Source: the human T2T-CHM13v2.0 reference genome, Homo sapiens
Length of the DNA stretch: 64,000 nucleotides
Direction: 5' to 3' (one strand)
Assembly: GCF_009914755.1 (NCBI RefSeq)
Contig: NC_060936.1
This document shows, in pieces, positions 12,677 through 28,027 of this stretch. How positions within the stretch are numbered: the stretch's first letter is position 1; each line of letters begins with the position of its first letter. The notes under the pieces are model-generated. The model was given only the letters and a program-made list of their open reading frames with translations. It made no database searches and was not told the DNA's origin. The position numbers and the translations under genes are program-made.

Positions 12677-15257
12677 TAGGAGATCTGTAAGGTGTTATTT
12701 TACAAGGTGAAGTATAATTGACAAACAATAAAATTCATCTTTCAAAATATACAGTTCTATGTATTTTGTGACGTTTATACAGCATCTCACAATCAAGGTA
12801 GAGAATATTTTCATCATCTTAAAAGGTTCTTCATGTCCTACCTCTATTCTAGTTCTGGAAACCTGCAACCATAGATCTGATTTCTAGTTCCGCCTTTTCC
12901 AGAATGTCATATAAAGGGCATTGTACAGATGTAGCCTTTTGAATCTGACTTCTTTCACTTGGCAAAATGCTTAATTCAGCAATGTTGTGAACATATTTAG
13001 TTTATTCATTTTTTATTGATGTATAGTGTTCCATTATGTTTATATGGATGTACCACAATTCATTTATCCATTCAGTATTTGGTTGTTTGGTTGTTTGGTT
13101 TTTTCTAGTTTTGGGTAACTATAAATATGGCTGCTATAAGCATTCCCATACAGGTTTTGTGTGGACTCATGTCTTCATTTCTCTAGGATAAATGCCTAAA
13201 TAGAAGTTTTTCGAATCACGCAATAAGTGTATGTTTAACATTAAAAGGAATTGTCAAATTGTTTGCCTAAGTGGCTGTACCATTTTGCACTCCCACCAGT
13301 AAATGCATGAGAATTTCAGTTACTCAGCATCCTCACAAGCATCTTACATTGTCAGTTTGTTGTTAGAGCCATCATAACAGGTGTGTAGTTGTAGTGGTAT
13401 CTCATTGTGCTTTTAATTTACATTTCTCCGCTGACATAATATTGAACATATTTTCATGTGTTTTCTTGCCATGTGCATCTTATTCTTTGATGAAGTATCT
13501 CTTCAAATCTTTTGCCCACTTTTAATTGGTTTGTTTTCTTAATATTGAGTTTTAAAAGTTCTGTATATATTCTGGTTACCAGTCTTTTCTGGAATAGGTA
13601 TTTTCCAAACATTTTTTCTGCCTGTTTTGGGCTTGTCCTTTCATTTTTTTCACAATGTTATATGAAGAGCAGAATTTTTAAATTTTGCTGAAATCTAATT
13701 TATTAACGTTCTTCCTTTATGAATCATGCTTTTTGTGTCCTTCCTAAGAAATCTTCACCTAACCCCAAATCGCAACGTTTTTTCTGTATTTTCTTCCTAT
13801 AATGACATTATAATTTTAATTTTAAATTCAGGTCTCTGATCAATTTCCAGTGAACTTTTAAATATGGTGTGAGATATGGATTGATGTTCATGTTTTACAC
13901 ATGGATGGCCAAATAGGCAGGCACCATTTGTTCGAAAGGCTGATCTTTTGTGTTGTATTATCTTGGTATATTTGCTGGAAATCAATATTTGTGTGGCTTA
14001 TTTCTATGCTCTCTATTCTGTTCAATTGATCTATGTGCCTTTCCTTTTGCCAGTACTGTGCTGTCTTGATTACTGTAGCTTTATAGTAAGTTTTGAGATA
14101 AGGAAGGGTTAGTCACACAATTTTGCTTTTTTTTTTTTTTTTTTTTTTTTTTCAAAATTCTTTTAGCTATTCTATGTCCTTAGGGTTGCCATATAATTTT
14201 TAGGATCAGTTTGTTGATTTCTACCAAAAGCCTTGTAGGATTTTGATTGGAATTACTCAATATATATATCAATTTGGGGAAAATTGACATCTTGACACTA
14301 TTGAGTTTTTTGATTCACTAAGACAATATGCTCTTCATTTATTTAGGTCTTCTCTGATTTCTCTCATCGATGGCTTTTAGTTTTTAATTTATAAATTGGA
14401 CAGATATTTTGTTAGGTTTATCTTTAATTTTCTATGTTTTAGATGCTATTTTAAATAGTGCTTTCCAAAATTTTCTGTTCCTAATTGTCTATTACTAGTA
14501 CATAGAAATACAATTGAATTTTTTTGGTATTTTGAGCTTATATCCTAAAACTTTGCTAAACCTATTTGTTAATTTTAGTAGCTTGTTGGTAGATTCTTTG
14601 GGATCTGCTATGTAGAAAATCATATCATCTGAGAATATGAAGTTTTAATTTTTCCTTTACAAAATGCATGCCATTTATTTATTTTGCCTTGTTGCACTTG
14701 CTAGGACCTCCAATGCAATACTAAAAAGATGTAGTGATAGTGGATTCCTGATTTTCTGATTTTACAGGAAAGACATTTATTTAGTCAATTATTATTAAGG
14801 GTTTTTTTTTTTTTGCAGATTTTTTGATAGACGCATGCTACCAGGTTGAAGACATTCCCTTCTATTCACTGAGTTTTGTTATTGTTGTATTTTTTCGTGA
14901 GTGGAGTTTAAATTTAGTCAAAGTCTTTTTTGATCCTATTGGGATGAGTATATGGATTTTTTACATTGTCGATATAGTGAATTATGCTGATTTTTGAATG
15001 CTGAACCAACCTTGTATTCCTGGAATAAACCTTACTTGGTCATGTTGTATTAGCCTTTTCTCATATTGCTGGATTTAATTTGCTAATATTTTGTTAAGGA
15101 TTTTGCATCTGTTTTCATGAGACATATTGGGTACCTTTCAAGATAATTCTGGTCTTACAAATGAATTTGGAAGCATTCCTTCCTCTTTAATTTCCTAAAA
15201 GAATTTTATGTAGAATTGGTTTCTTTTTCTTGATGTTTCATAGAACTCACTAGTGAA

Positions 15258-15880
<623 letters not shown>

Positions 15881-17059
15881 AGACTTCACTAGTGAAGCCT
15901 TTTGGGCCTAGACCTTTTTTGTTTTTCTTTTTCGTGGGGGAGCAGGTGTGGAGAAGGCTTTTAACTGTGAATTCAATTTGTTTAATAGATCAGGACTATT
16001 CTAGTTATTTATTTTTTTCTAATAACTTTTTTAAATTTATTTTTTCAATTTTTTTGGCATGTTCAGTTTAACAGGCAAACTAAGAAAATTTGATTCTTTT
16101 ATCTCACTGGAGTAGTGTCTTTGAGAAATAAGATCTTAAAAAACACAGCACCCCAGGGTTAGTTTATATGTCAAATAAAACAAATTAAAGACTAAAAACA
16201 GCTGCATTATAACCTGTCAATGTGAGGTCCTTTTTTTCTGTTTAAAATACCTCTGGCTGAAACTTACAACTGTGAGAGACAAATATGAGTAGAACAACTT
16301 CTACTTCCTAGATAGGATGAGTGAATTAATTAATTAATTAATTCAATGACAATTGATTAAGATGCTGCTTGCCAACTTTGCAGAAAGCACTTTGCAGCAT
16401 GTGAAACAAAGGAACTACCTCCAGGGAGTTGTAATCTGTCCAGGAAATCAACTGGAAAATATCCACAAATGCAGGTGTGATCAAGCACAAATCAATATAG
16501 AGTGAACTTTCTATTTAAATGCTGAGGAAACAGAAACAAGAATATTGGAAAAGTTATTTGAAATGATTATTAAATTATTTTAAAAGATGAGTTTTGAGCC
16601 ATAGTTTAAGAAAATGAACATATATCAGCAAGAAGAAATAGGGATGGCATTTCTGGTGGAGGAAGAGGCACCAATTATTATTTTATTATTTTTATTTTGA
16701 GGCCTTAGCAAAAGAGTTGGCAAAGTACAGTGAGATTGCTACAGGGAGACCTGGACAATGGGTAACATTACATTACTTAATTTCCAGGTCAACTCTTTGA
16801 TGTGATTTTTCTCCCGAGTTTACTGATGAGATTATCATTAGAGTATTTAGATAACTTATCCACTGTCTCCTATGTCAATGGCAATCTGGCATCTGAACTC
16901 AGGCCTAAGGTCAAAGCCTAGCTTTCTCCTACTGTCTTACACTTTTTGTCAGCTAAAGGAGCTCAATACTGTCTGATCAGAGACTCTCAGCTGCAAAGTT
17001 GTAATCAGCTGTGATGTGAATTGCAAGCAATTTGTTGCTAGTAACATGTACGCGTGCAT

Positions 17060-18090
17060 GAATGCATGCATTCATTCAATAAGTATGTGCTGAATGCCTT
17101 GCCCTGTGCCAGGCATTGTGTTAAGGTGCCATGGATAACAGCAATGAACAAAATAAACACTCTTCCTCTCACTGGGTAACTTATTTCCTAATGATGAAAA
17201 CAAACATTGAACAAGTCATTATAAGTGTGATTAATAGATATTTACAAATAAGTATATCACCTTAGTGAAGCATTAGAAAAGGGACCCAACCTAGTCTGAA
17301 AGTCTCTGTAAAGAAGTGACAGTTAAGCTGAAATATGTAGTAGAGCAGGGAGGGAAAAAAAGGGAAAACAATAAACTTTCAGACCTTACTTCATAGGAAA
17401 CTGGTTGTAGGATTTTTAGCAAAGGATTAACACAATCAGATTTTTCAGATACTTATTCTTAGAAGTCCATTCTGACTGCATGGTGAAGAATAGAGGGTCA
17501 TGTGATTCTAGAAACCATTTAGGAGAAGATTGCAGTACCAGGGCTAGAGAAGATGATGGAGGTCAGCCTTGAAGCCCTGAGGGCTAGCTTGGATTGGATG
17601 CAGAAGTTCAGGGAAAAAGAGGAATAAAGAACAACTCCCAGATTTCTGATATTTGTAACCAGGTAGCTGGTAGTTGGCCATCTACCCAAATTAGGAATGA
17701 CACAGAAAGAGCAGCAGAGGAGTGGTGTGGTAGGCAGATGACGAGCTCAGATTTGGCAAGTTGAATAGACACATACAGTGAATGGTTAAGAGTGTGGCTT
17801 ATGAACGAGACTGCCTAGATTCCAATCCCAGCTCTGCCACCTAACAGCTGGCCATTTACAACAAGTAATTCATCCTCTCTGAACCTCAGTTTCTGCATTT
17901 GTAAGATGGGGATAATAATAGCATCTACCTCATGACATTATCCTTAAGGTTAAAGTGAGTTACACAGGGAAAGCACAGTTGTAGTACAATGCCTGGGCTT
18001 GGTGAGCATCAGTAGATCTGAACTATTATTATGTGACTGTGAGATGTTCAATATATAGCTGAATGTATTGTTTCAAGTCTCAGAAAAAGG
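17060..18090 (-). mobile_element. L2 fragment with an inserted MIR (about 17775-18030, opposite strand)
   Basis: CATTCATTCAATAAGTAT...TGTGCCAGGCATTGTG is an L2 3' end; CTCTCTGAACCTCAGTTTCTGCATTTGTAAGATGGGGATAATAATAG is the MIR core. Confidence 0.7.
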
Positions 18091-18129
18091 GTCAGGGTGG
18101 TGTCATTGTAGGTTTGAACTTCCCAGCTC

Positions 18130-18412
18130 CTCTGTGTTTGAGTGAGGGATGTATACCTGAGTTGGAAGCACTTAGTGGCCAATACAAGAACCTCTGAAGC
18201 TCTGTTTTCCTATCATAGAGAGGCTGGCAATGTTTGACAAGAAAACTATTCCACCACCCCAGGTTCTTGAGTAATTACGGTGAACATATCCTCCATGACA
18301 ACCTTAGATAGATATACAACATAAATGAAGAAAGAAGTCTTTATTTTAAGCCACTTAAAATTTGAGGATTGTTTATTATTTCAGCACAATCTTGTCTATA
18401 CCAACTGACACA
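18130..18412 (+). mobile_element. MLT1-like LTR 3' part
   Basis: TTTTAAGCCACTTAAAATTTGAGGATTGTTTATT...AACTGACACA. Confidence 0.55.
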
Positions 18413-20892
18413 TCAGTGAGCTATTTAACTGTGCAAATTGAGAAGCTATGGGCCTAAAGCAAAAGACTTTATATGTTTAAAGCAGATGTATAGTCCACAA
18501 ATAATTTCCCTAGGACGTGGGTTTCCTTCTAAGTATGAATCTAGATTATACCTCACAATCTGAAGAAGAAACTGCTTGTCTCATAAAGATATGTGAGCTT
18601 CTAGTTGAGTAGTTGGTACTGGGACATTAAAGACTGAGACTTCAGGAAGAACACGTAGGCACAATTTTCCCTTCATATTAGACAAAAGCTTAAAGAGAAG
18701 CTGGTCTAGCTTTGATGTTATTTGAAACTACTCAACCAAGACTTTGAGAAATTAAAAAAGAAGGAGCCATCCTTTCTTTTGTAATTTGGAAGAGGTAAAC
18801 ATAAGGGAATGATGCTCTTACATCTGCGTATCCATTGTATGGAGCTGGACTGCAGTGTTACACTATGGTTTACTTTGAAGGCAAAGCCCCACCTGTGGAT
18901 AGGAATTAAGGTCTCTCCTAAGGGGAGAGGACTTTCTCACTCACAGTCATTCTGGCAAAAGGCAGATCTGTGGACTGGGAGAGACCATTGATAAGGCAGA
19001 CCATAAACAGGAGATAAAGGATTTCATCCCCTCTGGATTTTACCCTCTTAGGCTTGCAGTTCCAAATATTCAGACTGCGTAAGTGGTACTAAGGGTAGCT
19101 GACATACTCTGCAGGACAGGAAGTGGGCATCTAGTTGGGGACAAAACCCTACAGCAGGGACTCATTAAGTAAGGCCCCCCAGAATAATGGTGTGTTACAA
19201 TGGATGGCTTCAAGAGCCTCCATATTTAATAACCAGTTTTAAGTCTCTTTGCTGTAATTTCCTCTGTTTTCCTGACCATTCAGTAAAGTTTTGGCTAACA
19301 TAAAAGCCTGGTCTCCACAGGGCTGGGAAGAATTAAGAAAGGCCCTGTGACGGTTCTTAGTCCAGTAATGTAGGAGTAACTCACCTTGAAGTCAGCATGG
19401 CAGGGGAAGCATCAGCCCTTGGCCAGTGCAGGGATCAACAGGCTGGAACTGAGAAACAGCCCAGGCACATGCAGAGGGCTGGGAGCCCATGTGAAATACC
19501 CCTGGAGACTCCCTGAAAGAAATTAGAAGGAACCTGAGAAGGGCATCCTACTCTCACGCAGGTGGAGATCATCAATCAAGAGACACTAGGTTAAACTGTG
19601 ACCTCATTTGCCCTGGCGAGGCCGAGGGATATGGGTTACAAATAGAATCCTGAGTGTATGCCTCCTTGGGACTCTGAAGCTTGTGGGAGTTTATCTGCCA
19701 AGTGAAAACCACTGGGCCATGTGTTGGGTAAAAAAAAAGGTTGAGACATTCTCTTCTAGGCAATGAGGAGCCCTGTGGGTTTTTAGGAAGGGAAGTGAGA
19801 AGATGAAAACAATAAGATACTGAATTTTTACAATTTTCTAATACCATTATAGCGAACAGAGGTTTGTTTTTCAATAACTGTCCTATTAAAAAAGTTATAA
19901 ATATTGTTTAGGGAACTATGTTTTCAGTTGAAACAAGGCAGTAAATCAAGGTTGAAGCTTGTGGATTTAGTTAAGTAGAATGAAGGTAAAACAAAATCTC
20001 AATAAATCAAGAAAACCAACCTTAATGTAGGCAGTTCATTAATTAAAACTCACAGCCAAGAACAAGATTTACACAATCCTGAAGTGCCAATACTGAAATA
20101 GCATCTGCTTCCAAGCATCTGCTTACCAAGAAACTTTGCTCTTCTTACTGAACAATAGGATAAATCATGATCCTCTTATAATCCTTTTAAGACTGGAAGT
20201 GTTTCCCATGAAGTTTTCAAATGGCCTGGGCATGCTCATTTCACTTCGGTAACAAAATCCACAGATATAATTTGCTCAGTTTACAACTTTGAAGTAGCAA
20301 TCATGCAAATCTCAAATTGTAGATGTTTGGGAAGAGAGATTAAAGCTGAAGGAGGGCCCCAAGGAGATTGAGGGGAAGAAGAGGGAAAGAGTGGAATTCA
20401 GTTTCCTACAGTGCAAGGGCACCTGGGGTGAAAAAACCTGAGGGCAAAGAGTCATCAAGACTAAAACTAAAAAGAAGATGAAGAAAATGTCCGATGATAA
20501 AGTCAGTATGCTTAAGTGAGTTGTGTTATATGCACATTTTACTTACTGAAGTGCAGCCACATATGCTAGATAAAGGAAAAGGAGAAACAGCTTAAATAGG
20601 TCTGGCTAATTTTGCACACTCTTCCCACTCAATGAGCTATCCTCTGTAGTGAGACTGAGATGGGCAACAGTAATCTGTTTTTCCCATAGTTTGTAAGTGT
20701 CTCTCACTGTGTGGGCATCTTACTGCACTGAGTATGAATCTTGGGTTTAAAGATATGTTTTTTTTTTAACAACATGATTCTTAAATTGAAGCCAACTACT
20801 TCATCAGGTGCCCAGTGGGGTGGGGGTGGAGGTAGAGACAGGAAACTGGAAAATCCTGTCAGTGGACTTATTACTAGTTGTATGATAGTCTC

Positions 20893-21545
20893 TGTGTCAG
20901 TTAGGGCTCAGGCAGATAAGCAGAAGCACTATGAGTGGTACAGAGAATAAGGGCTACAAAGACTAGGGCTTACCCAATTATGGAAGTTGGTAAAGAAATC
21001 TATGGAAGGCTGTTGCTTCAGCATCTGATAGTGGGCCTGAGATTTCTCAGCAAGACTGATATTGAGAAGAAAAGCTGGATGTGAACTGGGGGAGGACAAG
21101 GACACACCAGAACCCACAAGGACAACTGGAACCCAAAGAACAAAATGGAACCCACATCTGCATCTGACCATCTGCAGCCTGGTCAAGGCTAGAGACCTGT
21201 AGTAGGAGGAGCTGGTGGCTTTCACCATGGAACTACACATGCAGTAGTCCAAGATTTAGAGAAGCTAAAGGAGGAGATGTGGCCACAGCTGAAGAAGCCT
21301 TAGGCTCAGCTGCAGCCCTGTAGCCAGCAAGGTGAGGCAGTAGATCAGCGATGCACACAAGCACTGTAGCTCTGAGTGCCTTTAACCAACCTGACAAGCA
21401 TAATGGCTGCCACTTCTCTCTGCCTTGCAAACTGTGTGCAAAGTTTTCTTGTGCCCAGAATCTAATTCTAATCCAGAATCATACATAGAAGGGAATTCTA
21501 GAAAATGTAGTCCTAATTTAACCAAGTTAATGCACTCTATAGCCA
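20893..21545 (-). mobile_element. Old ERVL-class LTR remnant
   Basis: TGTGTCAGTTAGGG start; GGGAATTCTAGAAAATGTAGT motif seen in old ERVL LTRs; family not resolved. Confidence 0.45.
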
Positions 21546-24500
21546 CTTCCACCTCCAACATTAGGCTTTTCCCTAAGGGATTTCCAAAGATAAGATTAAT
21601 AAAAGGTTTATTTTATGTTCTGCCTTTAGAACTCAACCCTTGTGTAAGACGTAACTCCACTATACAGATTGCCGTGTACTAACATTGTAAGTGAGAAAAT
21701 TGCTACTCAGTTCTGGTACCAACATTCTGGCTGGTACATTCTTCTCCTGTCTTCCATCATTAAGGCAATTAGGGTCTCCCTGCTGAGAATACAAGTGAAT
21801 CTACAATATGATGTTATCAGCATTCTTCCCAGACATCCTCTGTATGTGAAAAAATTATTAAATATGAACTTTTCCCCATATTATGTTGTGGGTTTTTCTT
21901 AAAAAAAGAACTCAAAAGACCCTTATTTGTTTCATCTGACCTATCAACGGGACATTTGATATTCAAAAAAATAAACTACTTCTTTTGAAGTGAGGGCTGC
22001 ACTAAAACTATACATTTCCTATTTCTTTTTGTTTACTAAAGGGTATGTGTTGGTGAAAATTTTGATATTCATAATTCTAGGACTTGACACTTTTTCTGTA
22101 AAACAATTCCAGTATGGGAAAATGTTATGGTACTTTATTCCCCTTAAGTCATGGTTTACACAAATATTGTTCCATCTCAGTAATTTCTCAGGGCACCCAA
22201 GAGCTTATTGGTAGCTGGATTCTGAGTAAAACCATTAGCTTGTGATGACCATTAACTAATGACTGCCATTATGTGCTATTTAATAATATGATGTGCTCAT
22301 TGAGCTCAGAGCCATGTCTTGCTCATATTTGTATTCAAAACACCTGGCACATACTAAACACTCAAAAATAATTATCAAAATACCAAATGGTTTTTTGTGT
22401 ATGACTTTAAATGTTTGGCTTTATAAGCCTGATTTTGGATAAGTGACCCAGACACAGAACCACAAAGAATAGGTGAGTATAGAAAACACAATTCGGGCTA
22501 GTGGACAAAGAAAGGGAGTTATTCTCAATCTATTTGCCCTTCTTCATTTCCATCAAAAACTATTTGTTGATTATATACTATATACCAAGCACCACATCAG
22601 AAAATAGAAATATAGAAATAAACAAGACAGAAGCTTCACCCTCAAATATTTCACAGTCTTGTCTGGCCACAGACATAGAAACAAATTACTTACTTCCTGG
22701 TAAGTGCTTTTAATAGAGAAGTGTATGCAGAGCAGAGGTGATCAAATATATTCTCTAATTAGAATGATAAACTGTTCAAAATGATGGCTGGAGTCAGTCA
22801 TAGATAAGCCTAAGTTCCAGGACTGAGAGGTAGCTAATTTCAAATGCCCATTCTGGAGTGGAAAAAAGTTTACTAGGTTCCATCTCACTGAAAGTCTGCC
22901 TCACTTACACTCCAGGTCCACCCACAGCTTAAGGAAATTTTTGCTTATTAACACCTGCAGCCTGCAGAACCAGAAAAGTCACATAGGTGTGGTTTTCCAA
23001 ACTGAACTTAGGAGCCATTCATTTGCTCCAGTAAATTATTTATCAGATGTACACAGTGTTGTACTGCATCTTTACAAACAACCGGGTTTGAGTCTATATT
23101 GGCATTCACTTATTTGACTAATTTTTACAGAGCACCTTCAAGGGTCTGATTGATTCCTGATTATTTGCCAGGTGTGAAACCAAGGACCAATAATTGCTAA
23201 TGTCAAGGTGAATGTCAAGGAGCTTAAGTTAGATGACAAATAATTTCAAAACAATGTGATAATCTCTAAGCAGGTAATTATGACACCATATATATCAGGA
23301 GCTACAGAGTGTTACTGAGTCACTGTGGAGGAGACACTAAATTTGCTTTGAGTGGAGTTTGGGAGAAATTCAGAAAGGGGATATTGCCATTGAATCGTCA
23401 AGACCAACTAGGAGACTCCCAGATACAGAAAAGCAAAGCCTTCCACAAATACTTAGTAAAATTTAACCAAGCATATTCTAGGTAGGCAACACTTTTAATA
23501 AATTCTTAATCCTCTTCTTTGGGCATTGACTGACCCTAAAGGTAGCCATGGAAGCAAATTCTCCAGCACTGTTTGGAAGCTGCTTTGGAATGTTGTGTGG
23601 CTCCAAAATAATTGGGAACAAGTGAGATATCTGAAATATATGGTGAATCCCTGTGTTAACTGACTAAACATGTAAAAAGTGAAATTACAGCTAACAGCAC
23701 AGCAGCAGGTCAAGTCTGACCTCCCTTCAAACACCATTCATGTTTCACTAGTAGTGAAAGATCAGCCTCCCCAAGAGTGTCCTTGGATCCACCAAAGCAA
23801 CAAATATTCACTTGCTGGCTGCTCTGTGCAAATTACTCTGCTAGGCTTCAGAAGCCTGGAGCTTAATAAAAATGAAGGAAAGTTGTCAAATGACAAAAGT
23901 ACTTCTAGAGGGCAGGAACTAGGCCTCCCATATGGTCTTTATAGGACCAATTAAAAACATTATTAAGTTTCCAATTATGTTTCCCACCTTAGAAACTCAT
24001 TTATTTATTCTACTATACAGCTTATTCCTGAATTTGTGCTCTGTAAGCCTTTCTTGTTGTTTCAAGAAAAGCCCATTGGGCTGAAATCAAATGGTAAATG
24101 CCCTTCATGTGGCATAATTATGTTTTACTACTATTCTCTAACCATCCTCTGGTTTAGAAATTTCAGGAGTTAAGCAGAATCTGGGGAGCATTAGGTCCTC
24201 AGACACCCATTACTGTTATTTACCATTTTGTTTTCACTAAAATTTCCATTAACTTTTTCTCCATCAGCATTAGATTATAAATTGCAGTCAGTTATCTATT
24301 GACTAGAAAGAAATCTTACTTGTAATGAATTAAGTAAATAAATAATTTTGCCCTCACTTTCATCCTATTGGTTGAGAGCCACTTTTTCAACATTATACAA
24401 ACAGTAACTTTTCACTAAAGGCTAGTAAAAGAAACTTTTCTAAAAGTAAAACTTTACAAAAAGTTTAGATATTTTAGGTTTCCAAATACATAGATCAAGT

Positions 24501-24757
24501 CCAATAGTACAGTCAACTCTCAATCATTTATATCTACACACAGGTCTAGGCACACCAATTGAGAGGGCAGCCAAATTAGATAACACTTAAAAGATTTGTT
24601 CAAAGTTCCATTTGAGATAAATATATGTGGAAGTTATAGAAGCATTATTTGCATAACATATATCAAAAGTTGAACAGCACAGTAGAGGCTATTTCAACTC
24701 CAGTAACTTCTTCTATTAACAAAGAAGATATATTTCAACTATTTGACATTGTCCTCA

Positions 24758-25672
<915 letters not shown>

Positions 25673-25879
25673 CTCAGAGACCTTATTCCCAGAGGTAAAA
25701 GTATTAGAAGTCTTAGGGAGGTAGTCCAGAACATGCTTTCTCTGTGGCAGAATACTTCCTCTTACCCTGCGCTTTAGACAAGGTAAGAGAGCACACCCGG
25801 GCCCTTTTGGTCTTTTTGAGGGGGTACACATGCTTAGGAAAAAATTACTTAAATTGTGACACTAATACAAATTAAAAGC

Positions 25880-26110
25880 TAATATTTATTGAGCTATCAT
25901 GTTCTAAGAACTTTTCATGTATTATCATATTTAATCCTGACAATAGCCCTCTAACACAGATAATATTATTTTCGTTTTACAGGTGAGATAACTAAGATTC
26001 AAAGAACTTAAGTAACTTGTCAAAGAACCCACAAATAGGATATGTCAAACCTAAAACTTAAACACAGGTACTCCTAACTCATAAGCCCAAGTTCCCAATT
26101 CTATTCTAAT
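25880..26110 (-). mobile_element. MIR
   Basis: TATTTAATCCTGACAATAGCCC...TTTTACAGGTGAGATAACTAAG...TTAAGTAACTTG. Confidence 0.7.
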
Positions 26111-27989
26111 CATAGGGACTGACATTTTTATAGAGTAGATATTACTTATCTCCAAGTAATGCCCCTATTCTCCTAGAGGCTGAGGGTTCTCAGTAAGGCT
26201 CAGAGCTCTTTCTGCATCATCTACAAGAGATGTTAATCTGTCACAGTGCCACTTCCTCTTCTTGGCTAGCAGTGTCCAGTGCTGAGGTTTTGGAGGACAC
26301 AATAAGTAAAATCCCCCTTTTAACTCAAGTTTGGAGCCAATTTAGAATCAGACTCAGGAATTGGTCAAGATTGAGATGTCAGTTTTGCTACCCATAGAAC
26401 TGCAATGGTAATGATCCAGACTCAAATGGGCTTGCTTAAGCACTTTTTACCCTATTTCCCTTCCAACTCCCAGCCCCAGATGTCGGGACTCAAGCTTGTG
26501 GGAAGGTTTGGGAGTCTAGGGCAGATGTACTTTAAGTAGGGTTGCAGCCTTGCTCTGGTCCAGGGCAAAGAGGAAAAAGAAACCCAATCTCCAATGCTCG
26601 CAGCCTTTTAATAGATGAATTCTCTCTACTTGTGAACCATGGCCTATGGCTATTCTCTGCCTAATGTCCTCCACCAGGTAGCATCCTTAGTCTGAACAAG
26701 GATAGGTGAGCCAGAGGCAAGCTGTGTTGCTCTAGTGGAGTCGACTCCGATGAGAAGAGGAAAAATGGCAGAAATGAGTTCCTACATCATAGGAACTTCC
26801 TTACACCCCTGAGAATGTGATCCGAGCAGAGACTTGAACCAAAGGGGACTAGCAATTATGTTCTGAGAAAAAGGAAGTTACTATGTATGAGCGGAGGAGC
26901 AGACAGTTCAGCCTGCCCAGAACTACTGAGACAAAGAAAGCTCTTCCTCTCCACAAACAAGCGTGTGTCAGGCTACAGTATGTTGATTTTTGCTTTCAAT
27001 GAATCTAACTCTGTATAGAGAAATGAAGGGTATGACTTTTTAAAGAAAAATGTGATGAAACAGTGTTTGGGGATTTTATTGTGATTCCCCCTCCTACTGA
27101 CCCACTTCATTTCCTAGTACTCCTTTTGCTATTTTTCTCACAGCATTTATCCCCTTGGGGATGAGAAGATTCAGCCAAAATCCAAGGCTTTTGATTTTCA
27201 GATGCTTTGTTTTTTAAATTGTATAAACCTAAACCCAGTAAACTCAGGGCAGAGGACAAAAGATGTGGAGAATACATAATAATGTAAAAGTCAGGCTGGG
27301 GGTGAGGGGGCTGTTTGGAGGCAACAATGGAGAGGGGTGTTATAGGGAAGTCAGGACAATTCTATTCCAAACAAAGAGGCCTTGAGCTGTGGGCCTGGAG
27401 GTGCTTTACCTTCTTCTACTTGCCCAGATACAGGAGGGAGGAGTTGAGGCACATGGCCATGACATGAGCACGAGACAGGCTCTGAGACTCCATGAATGAG
27501 GGCCCTGTGTACCCCTTTCCCAGGTGGAACTCAGGATTTTTCTATGGCAGCCTGAAAGGAGAGCAGAAGAAACATCTGCGGAAGTTGTCTAAACAGGGGT
27601 GCCCAAGACAGACGGAGAATGCGTCTCAGATGCCCAAGAGCAGTGCAGATGTGGTTTGAGAGCTGCAGCAGAGAGTGCATCCATGGGAATAAGGACTTCA
27701 GCCTGGATGCCTGCATGGATGGCTGACAATGCCAAAACCAAGAAACTCAACAGCAGCCAACACAGCAACGCCCCAAAGGCCACCCAGGTCAAGGGGCTGA
27801 ATGGTCTGAGATTACACTTTAGTTGGGTTATAGAAAAATGCTGAGTAGTCTATTTCCTGAGTGAATTCACTGAAAATCATACTGCAGAAGTACTAACAGT
27901 GGAATATGTGTTAGGTGTCAAATAATCAGGCAGTATATTCAGCAAATACCAGAGAGGTGTAGATCAAGAAAGCACAGAACCCACCTCTC

Positions 27990-27991
<2 letters not shown>

Positions 27992-28023
<32 letters not shown>
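27992..28023. repeat. (CA)n microsatellite
   Basis: About 16 CA units. Confidence 0.95.

Positions 28024-28027
<4 letters not shown>

Noticed and set aside
17045-17075. Palindromes CATGTACGCGTGCATG and ATGAATGCATGCATTCAT
   Set aside because: Part of a decayed L2 (ATTC)n tail.
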